Part shown: one piece after another, positions 12,146-26,678 of the stretch
How positions within the stretch are numbered: position 1 is the first letter of the stretch
How the letters are laid out: every line of letters begins with the position of its first letter
Assembly: GCF_009914755.1 (NCBI RefSeq)
Contig: NC_060926.1
Origin: the human T2T-CHM13v2.0 reference genome, Homo sapiens
DNA length: 64,000 nt
Reading direction: 5' to 3' (one strand)
Made by a program: the position numbers and the translations under genes
Notes under the pieces: model-generated
Database searches by the model: none
What the model was told of the DNA's origin: nothing
What the model saw: only the letters and a program-made list of their open reading frames with translations

Positions 12146-14952
12146 AAAAGAGGTGGCAGTGGATTGCCAGGAAGACTTTGTAGAGAGGGCTTTTGGTGTG
12201 CTGTGCAACATCACCCCAGGGAGGTGGATATGTATCCCCTTCACATTAAGCCAACTGAGAGAGAGCTTCAAGACAATAGCTCAGAGAGTTTGACATTGAG
12301 TTCGAGAGACACAGGTAGTAACATTTCCAACCTAGGTGGGAGAAATCTAAACGCGAGAGGTCAGTTGGAGATGACAGAGCAAAGAGAGAAAGAAGGCTGC
12401 AATGGGAGTGAGCTGTACTACTGGATCACATGATTCCTTCCCACCAGATAGAGACCTTTAGAATAGAGCCTGCCTAAAGTCATCCTAAATGGAATCTCTC
12501 CCAAGAAGATGACCCGGAGAAGTGTAGCTTCAACAAACTTTTGGATTTGCTGAAAATCCTGGGAGATCAGGGAGAAGTTGAAAGTAGCTAGCCAGAAAAG
12601 TAACTGCCTCCATTAAAGGAAGGACAATCAGAAGTCCTCTGGTGAAAGTGTCCACGTTGTTAGTAAGTGTGGGGGGCAAAGCCACAGCAAGCAATGAGAA
12701 AAAGAGCCAGTGAAGCCTTCGCCTACTAAACCCCTCTTTTCATTGTCAGGCAACTTTTCTTCAGTTTTATCCTTGGCCAGTGCAATGTAACCTACAGCTT
12801 TGTCTTGGTTGATGCCAATAATTTAGTATGGCCGTTGTAATCCTGGCCCACCTCGAAGCAATCAATGGAAATATCAATTTTGCTCACTAGCAATAATGAA
12901 AATCTTTTGATGAGAAAGGCAGAGTAGTCTAATGAAAAGTGAGTTCAAATTCCAATCCTACTACTAACTGTTCATATAACTGAAAGAAATTAACTTGGCC
13001 TTATGCTATTTGCAAAATGAAAGTTTCAGAAAAAGATATTCCCTAAGATCTCTTGTCATTTTAATTACAAGGTTTGGTGAGAGATCTGATGAATTAAGAC
13101 TCCACATTGCCCAAACTACTGCGTGATATTCTTCTGCCACTTTCACTCTGAAATGAAGAGAAGGATCTACTAAGTAAAGTTATATAAATAAGGATTTAAA
13201 GAAAATAAACTGAGCTTAAATAGTTTAGAACACCAGCATATGTACAAAATAGCTGTTCAAGTTGGATATTCTATTAGGCAAATTCTAGTTACAGTGAAAT
13301 ATAAAAGGAATAAGCCAATTTTCTCTCTCTAAGATTACACAATATAACCTTTGAATCAATTCTGATTTGTCTCTCTCTTGAAGACCAAGTATCGTTTTAA
13401 GGTTTTTTTTTCCAATTGCTATGCAGTAGGATCTTTCCTTATGTTACTGAAATGTATTTGACTTTCTTCAAATTGAATTGAAAATAAGATATCCAGGTAA
13501 AGCAATTTTCAAACCTTTCCAAAGTGAGAGAAAAGTATTTCTTATTTGATGGGGACTATCAGGAAAGAGAAAGTCATAGGTACTAAAACAATGTGCATTT
13601 CTAAGAAGATTGATGGAAGCTTGCAACATCCTTGAGAAAATAAGTACTGATATTTTTCCATCTCTTTATATGAAAACTAATGCTCAGAGAGTTCAGCCTT
13701 CTCAAGGTCAAACAATGACTTTATTTCAAGCATGGGCTAGAACTCAGATCTTGGCTTCCCCATAATATTTCAGTTTTTTTGCCACCTGCTCCTTTGATGG
13801 ATGCTGGCATATCTTGTTTTCAGCTGAATTTCTTACTTCTAGAAAGCGCGGCAGGAAGCACTCTGTCAATAGCTCCAGGTCTCCTTGAAATCGATTGAGG
13901 CTCTGGACTCCTAGCTAAAATACTGCTCTTATGTCAAACCACATGAAATAAGCACTTTTTAAAAATAAATGTGAACTCCACCTTTTGTGGCAGGAAGGAC
14001 TATTCAAGATAACAAATGAAAACAGCAAATTCTCTTGGGAAGGAGAAGGGAAGGTGGCATTCTCTTCAAAAGCAAAATTGGGCCATCTCACTAAATAGGA
14101 CATCAGATGTGAGCAGTCAATCTGGTCTGCATTGAACAACATCATTGCCTGGGTTGCAGTCTTCTAATAGCCTTTGTCTTTTTAGGTTTTGGGTCTGTGT
14201 TTGCAGCTGAGGTGAAAATGAGGGTGGGAGAAATTAAATGGCTATTTCTCTTACTTGGCATCTACCTTGCCATGCCCCTGGACCTGCCTTTCCTCCCTCT
14301 TCTCTTTGTCACTTTGATGCCTTCCTTTCTTCCTTTTTTCTTTCTTCCTCTCGTGCTCCCTCCCTCCTTCTCTACCTTCCCACCCGATGGTAATCAGGTT
14401 CCTTGAGCAGTGGCAGACTTTTCTAGAGTGTCCTGACTACTATTTCTTCCACTGTTTTTCCTCTTTCCTCTCTTCTCATTCCCCTCCCTAAATGCCACTT
14501 CTCCTCTTTCTCTAAAGACCTTGCTTCATTAGCTTCCCTCACTTCCCTGCTACAGGAGCTAGAGCCTTTTATCAAGCTATAAACAAAGAACTGTGGTGGT
14601 GATGCTCTGTGTGCCAAATACTCTGAGCAGAAGATGAGTTGACAAGGGCAACATATGTGGCTTCTGAACAAGAAGCAATCCTGGCTTTAAGGCCTGAGGC
14701 ACCCTGTCATGAAGATGGCTGTGAAATCTTTAAAGCCAAGAACCTTAGAATAAGAGGAATCTTGGATACTGACTGTCAAACTGTCACATTTAAGAGATGA
14801 GAACACTGAGACACAGAGAGGTGAAATGGCAGGTGAAGGCAACTCATGAATGAATCAGGTTCTCCTGACTCCCAAAACAGTGCTCTTTGAACATCAAACT
14901 GCCAAGTTTAGTTGTATTGTAAAGGTTCAAGGACAGGGGAAATACGGCATAG

Positions 14953-15268
<316 letters not shown>

Positions 15269-16196
15269 GGAATGTACTTTAAAGGCACAGGGGGATATAC
15301 GGCATCCTCGACTGTAGGGCATGGTGCATTTGTCTGTGGACCTGCCATTTGTTGCAATTTATTATCAATAGTAGCTTTCAGATATCCTTTGTTATTAAGT
15401 TAAACCAAATGCAATTCCATCCATGGAGCAATTTTACCTTTAAGAAGTATCTTGTGGGTTGTTTTGACGTTCACATTCACACCATCGTCTACCAGGAAAC
15501 AGCATTTGTTTTCGTTTCCTAAGAAACTGTCTTTACTGAAGTCTCCTCTGTGATTATCTTAAGATCCCTTCCTACGTTTCGTATCTATTTCTATGGCTCC
15601 TTTTTTGCCTCTTAACCCCCTTGTCAACTGTTTTGTTGTGTTTTTGTTTTTTTTTTTTGGTCTGGGTTTTCTTTTCTTTCTTTCTTTCTTTGTTTTTTTT
15701 TTAGTACAAATAGGTATTTCAGTCTTCTGACTAAATTTTAGCTTTTAAAACTGTGCATAGTTGATTCTAGCTTTCTCTGCCCCTTTGAGGGGTTCTGGGA
15801 GGAGGAGATGCAGTGCTCCAAAGAACGCTGCATTGTGTAACCGCACCATGAAATCTGGCACAGCAGCCCATAGCCTGCCCCAAGAACAACCCCTTAGGAA
15901 TGTGGACAGGCAGAACCAAGACAGATGGAGCAGATGCTGGAACTAGGAGTTAAGATTAAAGGCATTTTTGTAGCATAGAAAAATAGAAAAATGTTGAAAC
16001 ACAAAACATATACACAGATCATTTTTTCCAAACCCAATACCAGAACATGTGGTCTAATCCACTCATATCTGATAACAGGAAGAAGTATTTGAAATTAGGA
16101 CTTTCCCAGAGAATTCTGTTTGGGAGGTCATTGTACATGTAGGTTACAGAGAAAGGGGAAGCAAAATGTCAGGTAGTGAAAACTGTGTGCGTGTCA

Positions 16197-16384
16197 TGTG
16201 GTACTTCTAAAACATTAATGTGTTCACAAATCTCTGGAAATGGTGTTAAAAGGCAGGTTTTTACTTCAGAGGCCTGGGTTAGTGCCTGAGATTGTACATT
16301 TCTAACAAGCCCCCTGGTGATGATGCTGGTGATGCTGGTGATGTTGGTGATGCTGGTCTGAGAACCACTCTTGGAAACCAAGGC
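16197..16384. mobile_element. MER5-family hAT element with an internal 9-bp tandem expansion
   Basis: 'cctgagattgtacatttctaacaagccccctggtgatgatgctgg...agaaccactcttggaaacca'. Confidence 0.75.
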
Positions 16385-16721
16385 CTTTGGGCTTATGCTG
16401 TACTCAACTTTGTACCCCTAACATCAATCAGGGAATACAGCTAACAACAATTTGGTAAACTAAGTTCCAGACGCTTTACATGCATGCAAAGTTATTTAAT
16501 TTTTCAGTAATATTATACATAGGTGTTATTATTCTGGTTTTCAAATGGGTAGATGCAAGTTCAAGCATTTAGTCATCAAAATCTGTGTGAGTGATTCTAA
16601 AGATAGCTGGACTTCCCTGGAATCCTAGATTCAAAACTTGTCAATGCAAGGAGTTTCATTCTTTCCAACCTACTTCCTAAAGTGGCATAGGACAGTATTT
16701 TGCTTAAGAATATGGAAACTG

Positions 16722-17166
<445 letters not shown>

Positions 17167-17301
17167 TTATGAAAATTAAATGACTTACCATTAGTAAAGC
17201 ACCTAAAGGAGTGCCCATAACAGATCATGGAGTACATGGTAGGCATAGGAAAAAGCTATTGCAGAAAGACTGACATTTACAATGCTTTAAAGATCATACT
17301 T

Positions 17302-17720
<419 letters not shown>

Positions 17721-18647
17721 TTACTTTATGAAAAATAAAATAAGCTAGCTTTTTTTCAATAGATATTTATAAATGTGCTCAGAACATGGATACAGAGGTA
17801 TTGTCAAAGGTGAGATTAAAATTCTTATGGAACCCCTTTTTGAGAACATGGTCCATACTCCTTAAGGATCCCTATAATACTTTTTTACCTTTCTTTTTTT
17901 AGAACGAGTGGAACATACTGTTATCTCTTCTAAGTCTTTTGCCTCTGGCAAGAGAGACATTGTATATTTCCACCCACTGGCTTTTAATGATGTGCAGAGA
18001 ACGATGATTCACACCAATCAACATTTTCATATTATTGAAATATCTCCCTTAGTCCCCAACACAATTTTCAAAACATGTGATTGTATGAGAACAAAGGCAT
18101 CAAACTGTCTTTGCTGAATCATTTTCTGTCTCTCTCTCAGCCCAAATTCCCTCTGATTTGTAACTTACCAGCCAGGCCAGCAAGAAGACAAATGATATTC
18201 CTAGTTAATTAATCAAACTCAATCCATTGTCATTTAGTAATATCCACCACTGGTTACAAAGTAGCCACATTTGGGCCTATTTAGTTGGCCTTTCAATTGT
18301 AATTTAGCTGTGTGCAAAGGGTGACATTAAATCTCTTTTACCCCAAGACTTTCACTTAATCTAACGAAGCTTGGCCTCATTTGGATACTATTATGTCATT
18401 CTCAAGGCACTGTGAGTACGTATGATAAGGAGCTGGATGATCCAAAATCACACCGGCCAGACCAGTGGGCCCTGATTCTCTGATGTACGGGCTTTGAAAA
18501 TGGAAACAAGTCAGAAGAAAAGTTTCCAAAGGAGCACAGCGCACTCAGCGTCCTTAATTTAGCCATCCAGGACCAGGGAGAAATTGTCTTTCTGCCTCCT
18601 GCTGCTGATCAGCTTGTGCCCCGGGCTTAAGGGCTTTTAAATATTTT

Positions 18648-19282
18648 CTTTTTTTTTTTTTCCTATTTTTTTTATTATACTTTAAGTTTTAGGGTACATG
18701 TGCACATTGTGCAGGTTAGTTACATATATATATATGTGCCATGCTGGTGCGCTGCACCCACTAACTCGTCATCTAGCATTAGGTATATCTCCTAATGCTA
18801 TCCCTCCCCCCTCCCCCCACCCCACCACAGTCCCCAGAGTGTGATATTCCCCTTCCTGTGTCCATGTGATCTCATTGTTCAATTCCCACCTATGAGTGAG
18901 AATATGCGGTGTTTGGTTTTTTGTTCTTGCGATAGTTTACTGAGAATGATGATTTCCAATTTCATCCATGTCCCTACAAAGGACACGAACTCATCATTTT
19001 TTATGGCTGCATAGTATTCCATGGTGTATATGTGCCACATTTTCTTAATCCAGTCTATCATTGTTGGACATTTGGGTTGGTTCCAAGTCTTTGCTATTGT
19101 GAATAATGCCGCAATAAACATACGTATGTTTACACTGTTGGTGGGACTGTAAACTAGTTCAACCACTGTGGAAGTCAGTGTGGCGATTCCTCAGGGATCT
19201 AGAACTAGAAATACCATTTGACCCAGCCATCCCATTACTGGGCATATACCCAAATGACTATAAATCATGCTGCTATAAAGAC
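18648..19282 (-). mobile_element. Young L1 (L1PA2-like), 5'-truncated with a 5' inversion (twin priming)
   Basis: 18648-19128 is antisense 3' UTR plus the ORF2p C-terminus (…QKTKHRIFSLIGGN); 19129-19282 is the upstream ORF2 segment in the opposite orientation; TSD agggcttttaaatatttt at 18630-18647 and 19283-19300; 3' UTR has GAG rather than the Ta ACA. Confidence 0.96.
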
Positions 19283-20773
19283 AGGGCTTTTAAATATTTT
19301 AACACTCGACTTTTGGCGGCCAGCCCTGCAGAGTTTTAATAGAAAGTTAAAGTTAACCATTAATTAGCATAGACACACAGGCCTGAAAAGAATTTGGACT
19401 AGCCTGAAAGAAAAGCAGCTGGAAGCAAGCAAAATACGTGAAAACGAGAATCTGGTGTGACCACCACATTTTCATTTCATGGGTCTTTGATTCTTTCTTT
19501 GTGATAGAGTTTTGGCAAGCCTAGGAAGGATGAGCTTGCGTTCTCACTTTCCCCTTCCTTCCCTCCTGTTTTCTTTCCTTCCTCCCTCCTTTTCTTTCTC
19601 TGTCTCCTTCCTTTTTCTTTCTAAATGATAATAAAAGTGTTTTGTTTTGTTTTTTAATTTTCTTAGTGAGATGTTTAGGCTACTAAACATACCAAACTAA
19701 GAGTTGAACAGAATTGGATTTTCCATCAACATTCTGCATAATCCTAAGCAAATCACTTTTGGGGCCAAGATATTTTAAATCTGAAAATGAGGCAGTTGGA
19801 TTAGTCCCTGAGGCCTATTCTAACTCTGAAAGATTATTTATTCAGAGCAAGCTGGGCACAAGGACAAAATGTGATATATTAATACTCTATAGGAACCATA
19901 ATAAATAGGCCATGAAAATCCACCAAAGGAAAAGTAAGTTCTGTTGTCCATGCTTACATGTTGCCATAGACAAGATGAATGAGGAGTAGAGCCAAATTGG
20001 TTAAAGGCTTAGACACATGGCCTAACAGAGTTTGGGAACTCAGCCTAACAGCCATGGCTTTGCCTCGTTAGATCCAAAGTTAATATTAGCTCTATGAATT
20101 GTCATTCATTCATTCATCATTCACCAAAATTGATCAGTCTCATTATGTGTGGGACTCTCTGATCTGTGCCAGAGACACAGAGGTAAATAAAACATTATTA
20201 TTAATGCATTTGGTAGTATTTCTCAAAGAAATTTGGGTCAGAGTTGTTCTGAAAATGATCCTGACTCTTCTCTTTTAGTCTGTATAACTTTTACACTGTG
20301 AGAATAATGCGATGTAGAACATGTGACAACATTTTGTGCCCAAAATGTTTAGAACCAGAAAGACGTGCTAGAACAGGGAAGACTGAATTTTTTTTCCCTT
20401 TTTTGTACCTTGCCAACACTTAGCAAAGGCAATCATGCAATTACTAAAAATTTATTAACACTGTGTGCCAGCTACTGTGCTGTGTATTCTTTGATTAATT
20501 TCTATTTTTTAATTGTTAATAAACTACATTGAGGTATAATAATTTACATATAATAATTGTTCATATTTTAAGTATGAGGTTTGATGAGATTTGAGATATG
20601 TGTACACCATGTAGCCACCAACTCAATCAGCACAGGGACTGTTTATATTACCCAGAGAGTCCCCCCTTTATCCTTGGCAAATTAATTACTACTTCCTCAC
20701 CCTATCCCCTGCCCCAAGCACTATTAATCTAATTTCTATCACTATAGACAACTTTCATCTGTCCTAGTACTTC

Positions 20774-21193
20774 CGACATAGTTTGGATGTTTGTCTCCTC
20801 CAAACCTCATATTGAATTGTGATCCCCAAATTTGGAGGTGGGGCTGAGCTCATGGGAGGTGTTTGGGTCGTGGGGTCAGATTCCTCATGAATGGCTTGGA
20901 GCCCTTCACATGGTAGTGAGTTCTCGCTCTATTAGATCACACAGGAGCTGATCTTTTAAAAGAGTCTGGCACCTCCTCCCCTCTCTCTTGCTCCCTCTCT
21001 CACCATGTGATATGCGGGCTCCCATTTTGCCTTCCTACATGATTGAAAGCTTCCTGATGCCCTAACCAGAAGCAGACGCTGGTGCCATGCTTCTTGTACA
21101 GGCTGCAGAGCCATGAACCAAATAAAACTATTTTCTTTATAAACTATCCAGCCTTAGGTATTACTTTATAGTCACGCAAAATGGACTAACACA
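20774..21193 (+). mobile_element. MSTB-like MaLR solo LTR
   Basis: 'atagtttggatgtttgtctcctccaaacctcatattg...gcaaaatggactaacaca'; TSD acttc/aattc. Confidence 0.9.
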
Positions 21194-21669
21194 AATTCTT
21201 AAAAATGAAATCATACAGTATGTACACTTCACTGTTTGGCTTCTTTAGTTCAACATGTCTGTAAAATGCATCCATGTTTTTCCATGTATCAGCAATTTGA
21301 TTTTTTATTGCTGAGAAGTATTCTATTATATGAATATATCACAATTTGTCTATTTGTTCATCTGTTGATGAACATTTGGGTTGGTTTCAATTTAGGACTA
21401 TAATAAATAAACTTACAATTAACATGCATGTATAAGTCTTCTTGTGGATATATTTTCATTTCTCTCAGATAAATACCTCAAAGTGGAAATGCCAGGTCAT
21501 AGGAGAGCATATGTGAACTTTGTAAGAAATAGATTACAGTTCTCCAAAAGTAGTTTTATTATTATACTGCCACCAGCAATATGATTTCCAGATGTTTCAC
21601 CTCTTTACCATTTGATATTTGTTGTTCATATTTTAAAATTTGTGTGTGATGTCCTTATTGTAGTTTTAA

Positions 21670-22002
<333 letters not shown>

Positions 22003-24572
22003 TGAGCATCTTTTTGTACACTTTGTTAATCATTCATATATTTTGTGAAGAATTTATTCACAAAACAGACCCTTGAATTGTAAGAGTTCTCAATATATTC
22101 TGGATACAGGTATTTGTGAGATACCTGCATTGAAAATATTTTCTTCTAATTTGTGTCTTGCTTTTTCATTTTTAATGGTCTTTTGATGATCAATTTTACC
22201 AAGACAAAGTCCAATTTATCATTTTTCTTCTGTTCAGTGCATGTATTGCCTGTTTATATCTACCTCTACTAAGATTCCAGAGATTTTCTTGTGTTTTCTT
22301 TTAGAAGCTTTGTTTTAGAAGTTTTATAATTTTAGCTTTTACTTCTAGGTCTATGATTCATCTTGAATTAATTGTTGGGTATGGAATAGAAGTTGCAGCT
22401 CTTGTTTTCCCTGGTGAATATTTAGCGTTGCTTCACTGTTGGAGAGATTTTTTCTTTTCCTATTGAATTGCTTTGACAATTTTGTCCAAATCAATTTCTC
22501 ATATATTTCTGGCCTCTTGATTTTGTTCCATTGATCTAATTGCAAAACTTTATGTAAGTACCACACTGTCTTGACTACTGAAGCTTTATAGTAAGCCTTA
22601 CAATCATGTAGTATAAGTTCTCCAACTCTTATTTTTTTTTTTTTTTCAAAATTGTGGCTATGGTAGGGCTTTTGCATTTCCACATTCTAGTAAAATTGGC
22701 TGAGATACTAATTGGGATTGTGCAACATGTGTAGATCAATTTAGAGAAAAAGGATATCTTAGCATTACTGAGTGCTCAAATATGTGAAATTGGTATAGCT
22801 CTCTTGTTGATACAACGTTTACTAAATGAGCAGATATCCTTACCCTTTTCCTAAGATTAGTAAGAAAGTGTTTAATATAGCATGATTAAATATGATATTA
22901 GGTGTAGATATCTCACAGATAACTTCTTAAGATTGAGAAAGTTCTCTTATTTTGCTGAAATTTTTATAACAACTAGATGATTCATCAATTTCACTGGAGG
23001 TTGATCAATTTTATTGTTCTTTTCAAAGAACCAACAGTTGTTTTGGTTGATTTTTCTCCATTTTTGGGTCTTTTCTCTATTTTATTAATTATTGCTCTTA
23101 TATTTATTATTTCCTTCTTTCTGTGTACTTCGGGTTTAATTTACTCTTCTTTGTCTAGCTTCCTGAGGTAGAAATTTAAATTATTGTTGTTAAAAAGTTC
23201 TTGTTGTCTAGTATAGGCAATTAAAACTATAAATATTCATCTAACTACCCCTTTAGCAACATCCCACACATTTTGAATATTGTGCATTTATTTTATTTTA
23301 ATTACAAATATCTTAAAATTTCCATCGTGATTTCTACTTTCAGTTATGAGTTATTTGTATATATTTGGAGTGTTTCTTGGTTACTTTACTTTTTGTTTTT
23401 AATATAATTTTACTACAGATAATATTTCACCTTTTTATATAGACTAATTTTATGATCCATAAAGACTATGAAGACGCTATATGCACTTAGAAATGTACTT
23501 ATTCTGAAGTTGTGAGCATAGTGTGCTAGAAATGTTAATTAAATCAAGTCTTCTAAGTGTACATTCATGACTTCTATATCCTTACCTATTTTATAAATAT
23601 TTACTAAAAGAGGATGGTTAAAATCTTCAGTCATGAATGTGGGTTTGCCTATGTCTTCCTTTATTTCTGTCAGTTTTTCATTATGTATTTTAATCATCTT
23701 TATAGGCATATCCACTTAGGATTGTTGTATTTTTCCTTCTATCATTATGTATGTTGTGGTAATGGCGCTTTTCTTGAAGCCTACTTTGTCTGATAGTAAT
23801 ATAGCCATATCTGCCTACTTTCAAGTGCTTATTATATGCACAGTCTATCTCTTTTCATCCTAGTACTTTTAACTCCTCTGTGTCATTATATTTAAGGAGC
23901 ATCTTGGGTAGCTACATATATATGGGTCTTATTTTTTATCCAATATGACAATCTCTTCCTTTACATTAAAATGTGTAGCCTATATATATTTTATATAATT
24001 ATTGATAGGGTTGAATTTAAATTTATCCTATTGTTATTTGTTTTTAATTTGTTCCATCTGTTTTTTATTTTATTATTGTTCTGTTATATATTGTTTAAAT
24101 ATATAGTTTTTGTTTTATTTTCTGTTTCACTGTTACCCTTTTCCTTTATTTAGGTCAATCAATTTTTAAATTATTCTATTTGTTTCTTTTATTAGATTTT
24201 AAACTCATGTATTTTGGGGGGTGGGGGGATGGTCAACTTAGGGACTATAATATGCATCCTTCACTTAACAAAATATGCTTGCAATTAATAATTTTCTACT
24301 CAAAATTCACTCTTTACACTTCATAGTACTCACCACTCCTCAATAACAGTCATATAATAATACAATCCCATTTACTCCTTTCTTCCTGCAAATATGGTAC
24401 TATATTTTACTTTACTTCCTACAATGACATAACTTTTTTGTTTTGGACAGGCATTTTTCTTTTAAGGGAATTAATAGGAGACTTTAAGGCTAGTCTTTCA
24501 TGCTAACTCATTTATTTACTGCTTCTTGTGTTCTTCATTATTTCCTCTATATGTGGTTTTACATATAGCATC

Positions 24573-24992
24573 TGATACAGTTTGGAACTGTATCCTCCCC
24601 TAAATCTCATGTTCAATTGTAATCGCCAACGTTGGAGGTGGGGCCTGGTGGGAGGTGATTGGATAATGAGGGCAGATTTCTCGTGAATGGTTTAGCACCA
24701 TCCCGTTGGTGCTGCTCTCATGATAGTGGGTGCGTTCTTATGAGATCTGGTCTTTTAAAAGTCCGTAGCACCCCCCACCTTGCTCTCTTGCTACTGTTCC
24801 TGCCATGTAAGACTTGCCTGCTCTCACTTTGCCTTCCACCATGATTGGAAACTTCCCGAGGCCTCCCCAGAAGCTGAAGCCACTATGCTTCCTATGCAGC
24901 CCGCAGAGCCATGAGCCAATTAAACTTCTCTTCTTTATAAAATACCCATTCTCAGGTATTTCTTTATAGCACTGCGAGAACCAACTAAAACA
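24573..24992 (+). mobile_element. MSTA/B MaLR solo LTR
   Basis: 'tgatacagtttgg...aaatctcatgttcaattgtaatc...ccaactaaaaca'; perfect 5-bp TSD gcatc. Confidence 0.92.
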
Positions 24993-25328
24993 GCATCATA
25001 TTTTACAGTCTGAAAATATTCTTAACTATTTTGTGTAGTGCAAGTGTGTTTGCGACAAATTCTCTCAGCTTTTGTTTATCTAAAAATCAAGTATTTTACC
25101 TTGTACATGTATATTTCTCTTTGATATAGAATTCTGGATTGACATTTCTTTCTCTCAGTATTTTAAGGTTTTCATTTTATTTTCTTCTTTCATGTATTTC
25201 TGATGAAGATTTGGCCTTAAGAACTACTTCATCAAGACTTTTTTTCTGTACCATTCTCTTTATCCTGTCTTCTGAAACTCCAGTTACACATATATGAAAC
25301 TAATTGATATTCTCCCACAAGTCTCTGA

Positions 25329-25668
<340 letters not shown>

Positions 25669-25879
25669 TAATGTCTGTTCTTCATCTTGAAAAATGTCTA
25701 TAGATCTGTTTTTAAGTTAATTCAACTTTTGTTCTGCCTCTTCAATTTTCTATTAAGCTTATCCATTGAATTTTTTATGTCATATATTAAAAGTTACAGC
25801 TCCAGAATTTGTATTTGGTTCTTTTATTAGTTTCCATTTCCATATGGAGTTTCCAAATTTGTTCTTCCTAAAACCATAT

Positions 25880-26678
25880 TTTCTAATTTTTATTTTTATT
25901 TCAATAGTTTTGGAGGAAAGGGTGGTGTTTGGTGGCATGGAAAAGTTCCTTAGTGGTGATTCCTGAGATTTTGGTGCACCCATCAGCCCAGCAGTGTACA
26001 CTGTACCCAATGTGTAGTCTTTTATCCTTCACTCCCCTCCCACCCCTCCCAAATCCATTGTATCATTCTTATGCCATTATGAAGCTTAGCTCCCACTTAT
26101 AAGTGAGAACATATGATGTTTTGTTTTCCATTCCTGAGTTACTGCACTTAGAATAATAGTTTACAACTCCCTCCGTGTTGTTGTGAATGCCATTATTTCA
26201 TTCGTTTTTATGGCTGATTAGTATTCCACAGTATATATATATATATACACCACATTTTCTTTATCCACTCATTGGTTAATGGACATTTAGACTGGTTCCA
26301 TATTTTTACAATTGCAAGTTGTGCTGCTATAAACATGCATATGCAAGTGTCTTTTTTCGTATAATGACTTCTTTTCCTCTGGGTAGATAGATACCAAGGA
26401 GTGGGAATCCTGGATCAAATGGTAGATCTACTTTTAGTTCTTTAAAGAATCGCTGTATTGTTTTCCATAGTGGTTGTACTAGTTTACATTCCAACCAGCA
26501 GTGTAAAAAGTGTTCCCTTTTCACCGCACTCACTCCAACATCTGTTATCTTTTTATTTTCAAATCAAATGGTGGCTATTCTTCAGGAGTAATGTGGCATC
26601 TCATTGTGGTTTTGATTTGCATTTCCCTGATAATTAGTGATGCTGAGCTTTTTTTTCATATGTTTCTTGGCCATTTGT
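25880..26678 (-). mobile_element. L1PB 3' end (copy 1, about 0.8 kb)
   Basis: 'tagtggtgattcctgagattttggtgcacccatc...gtacactgtacccaatgtg'; ORF2 piece [14 protein letters not shown]. Confidence 0.9.
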
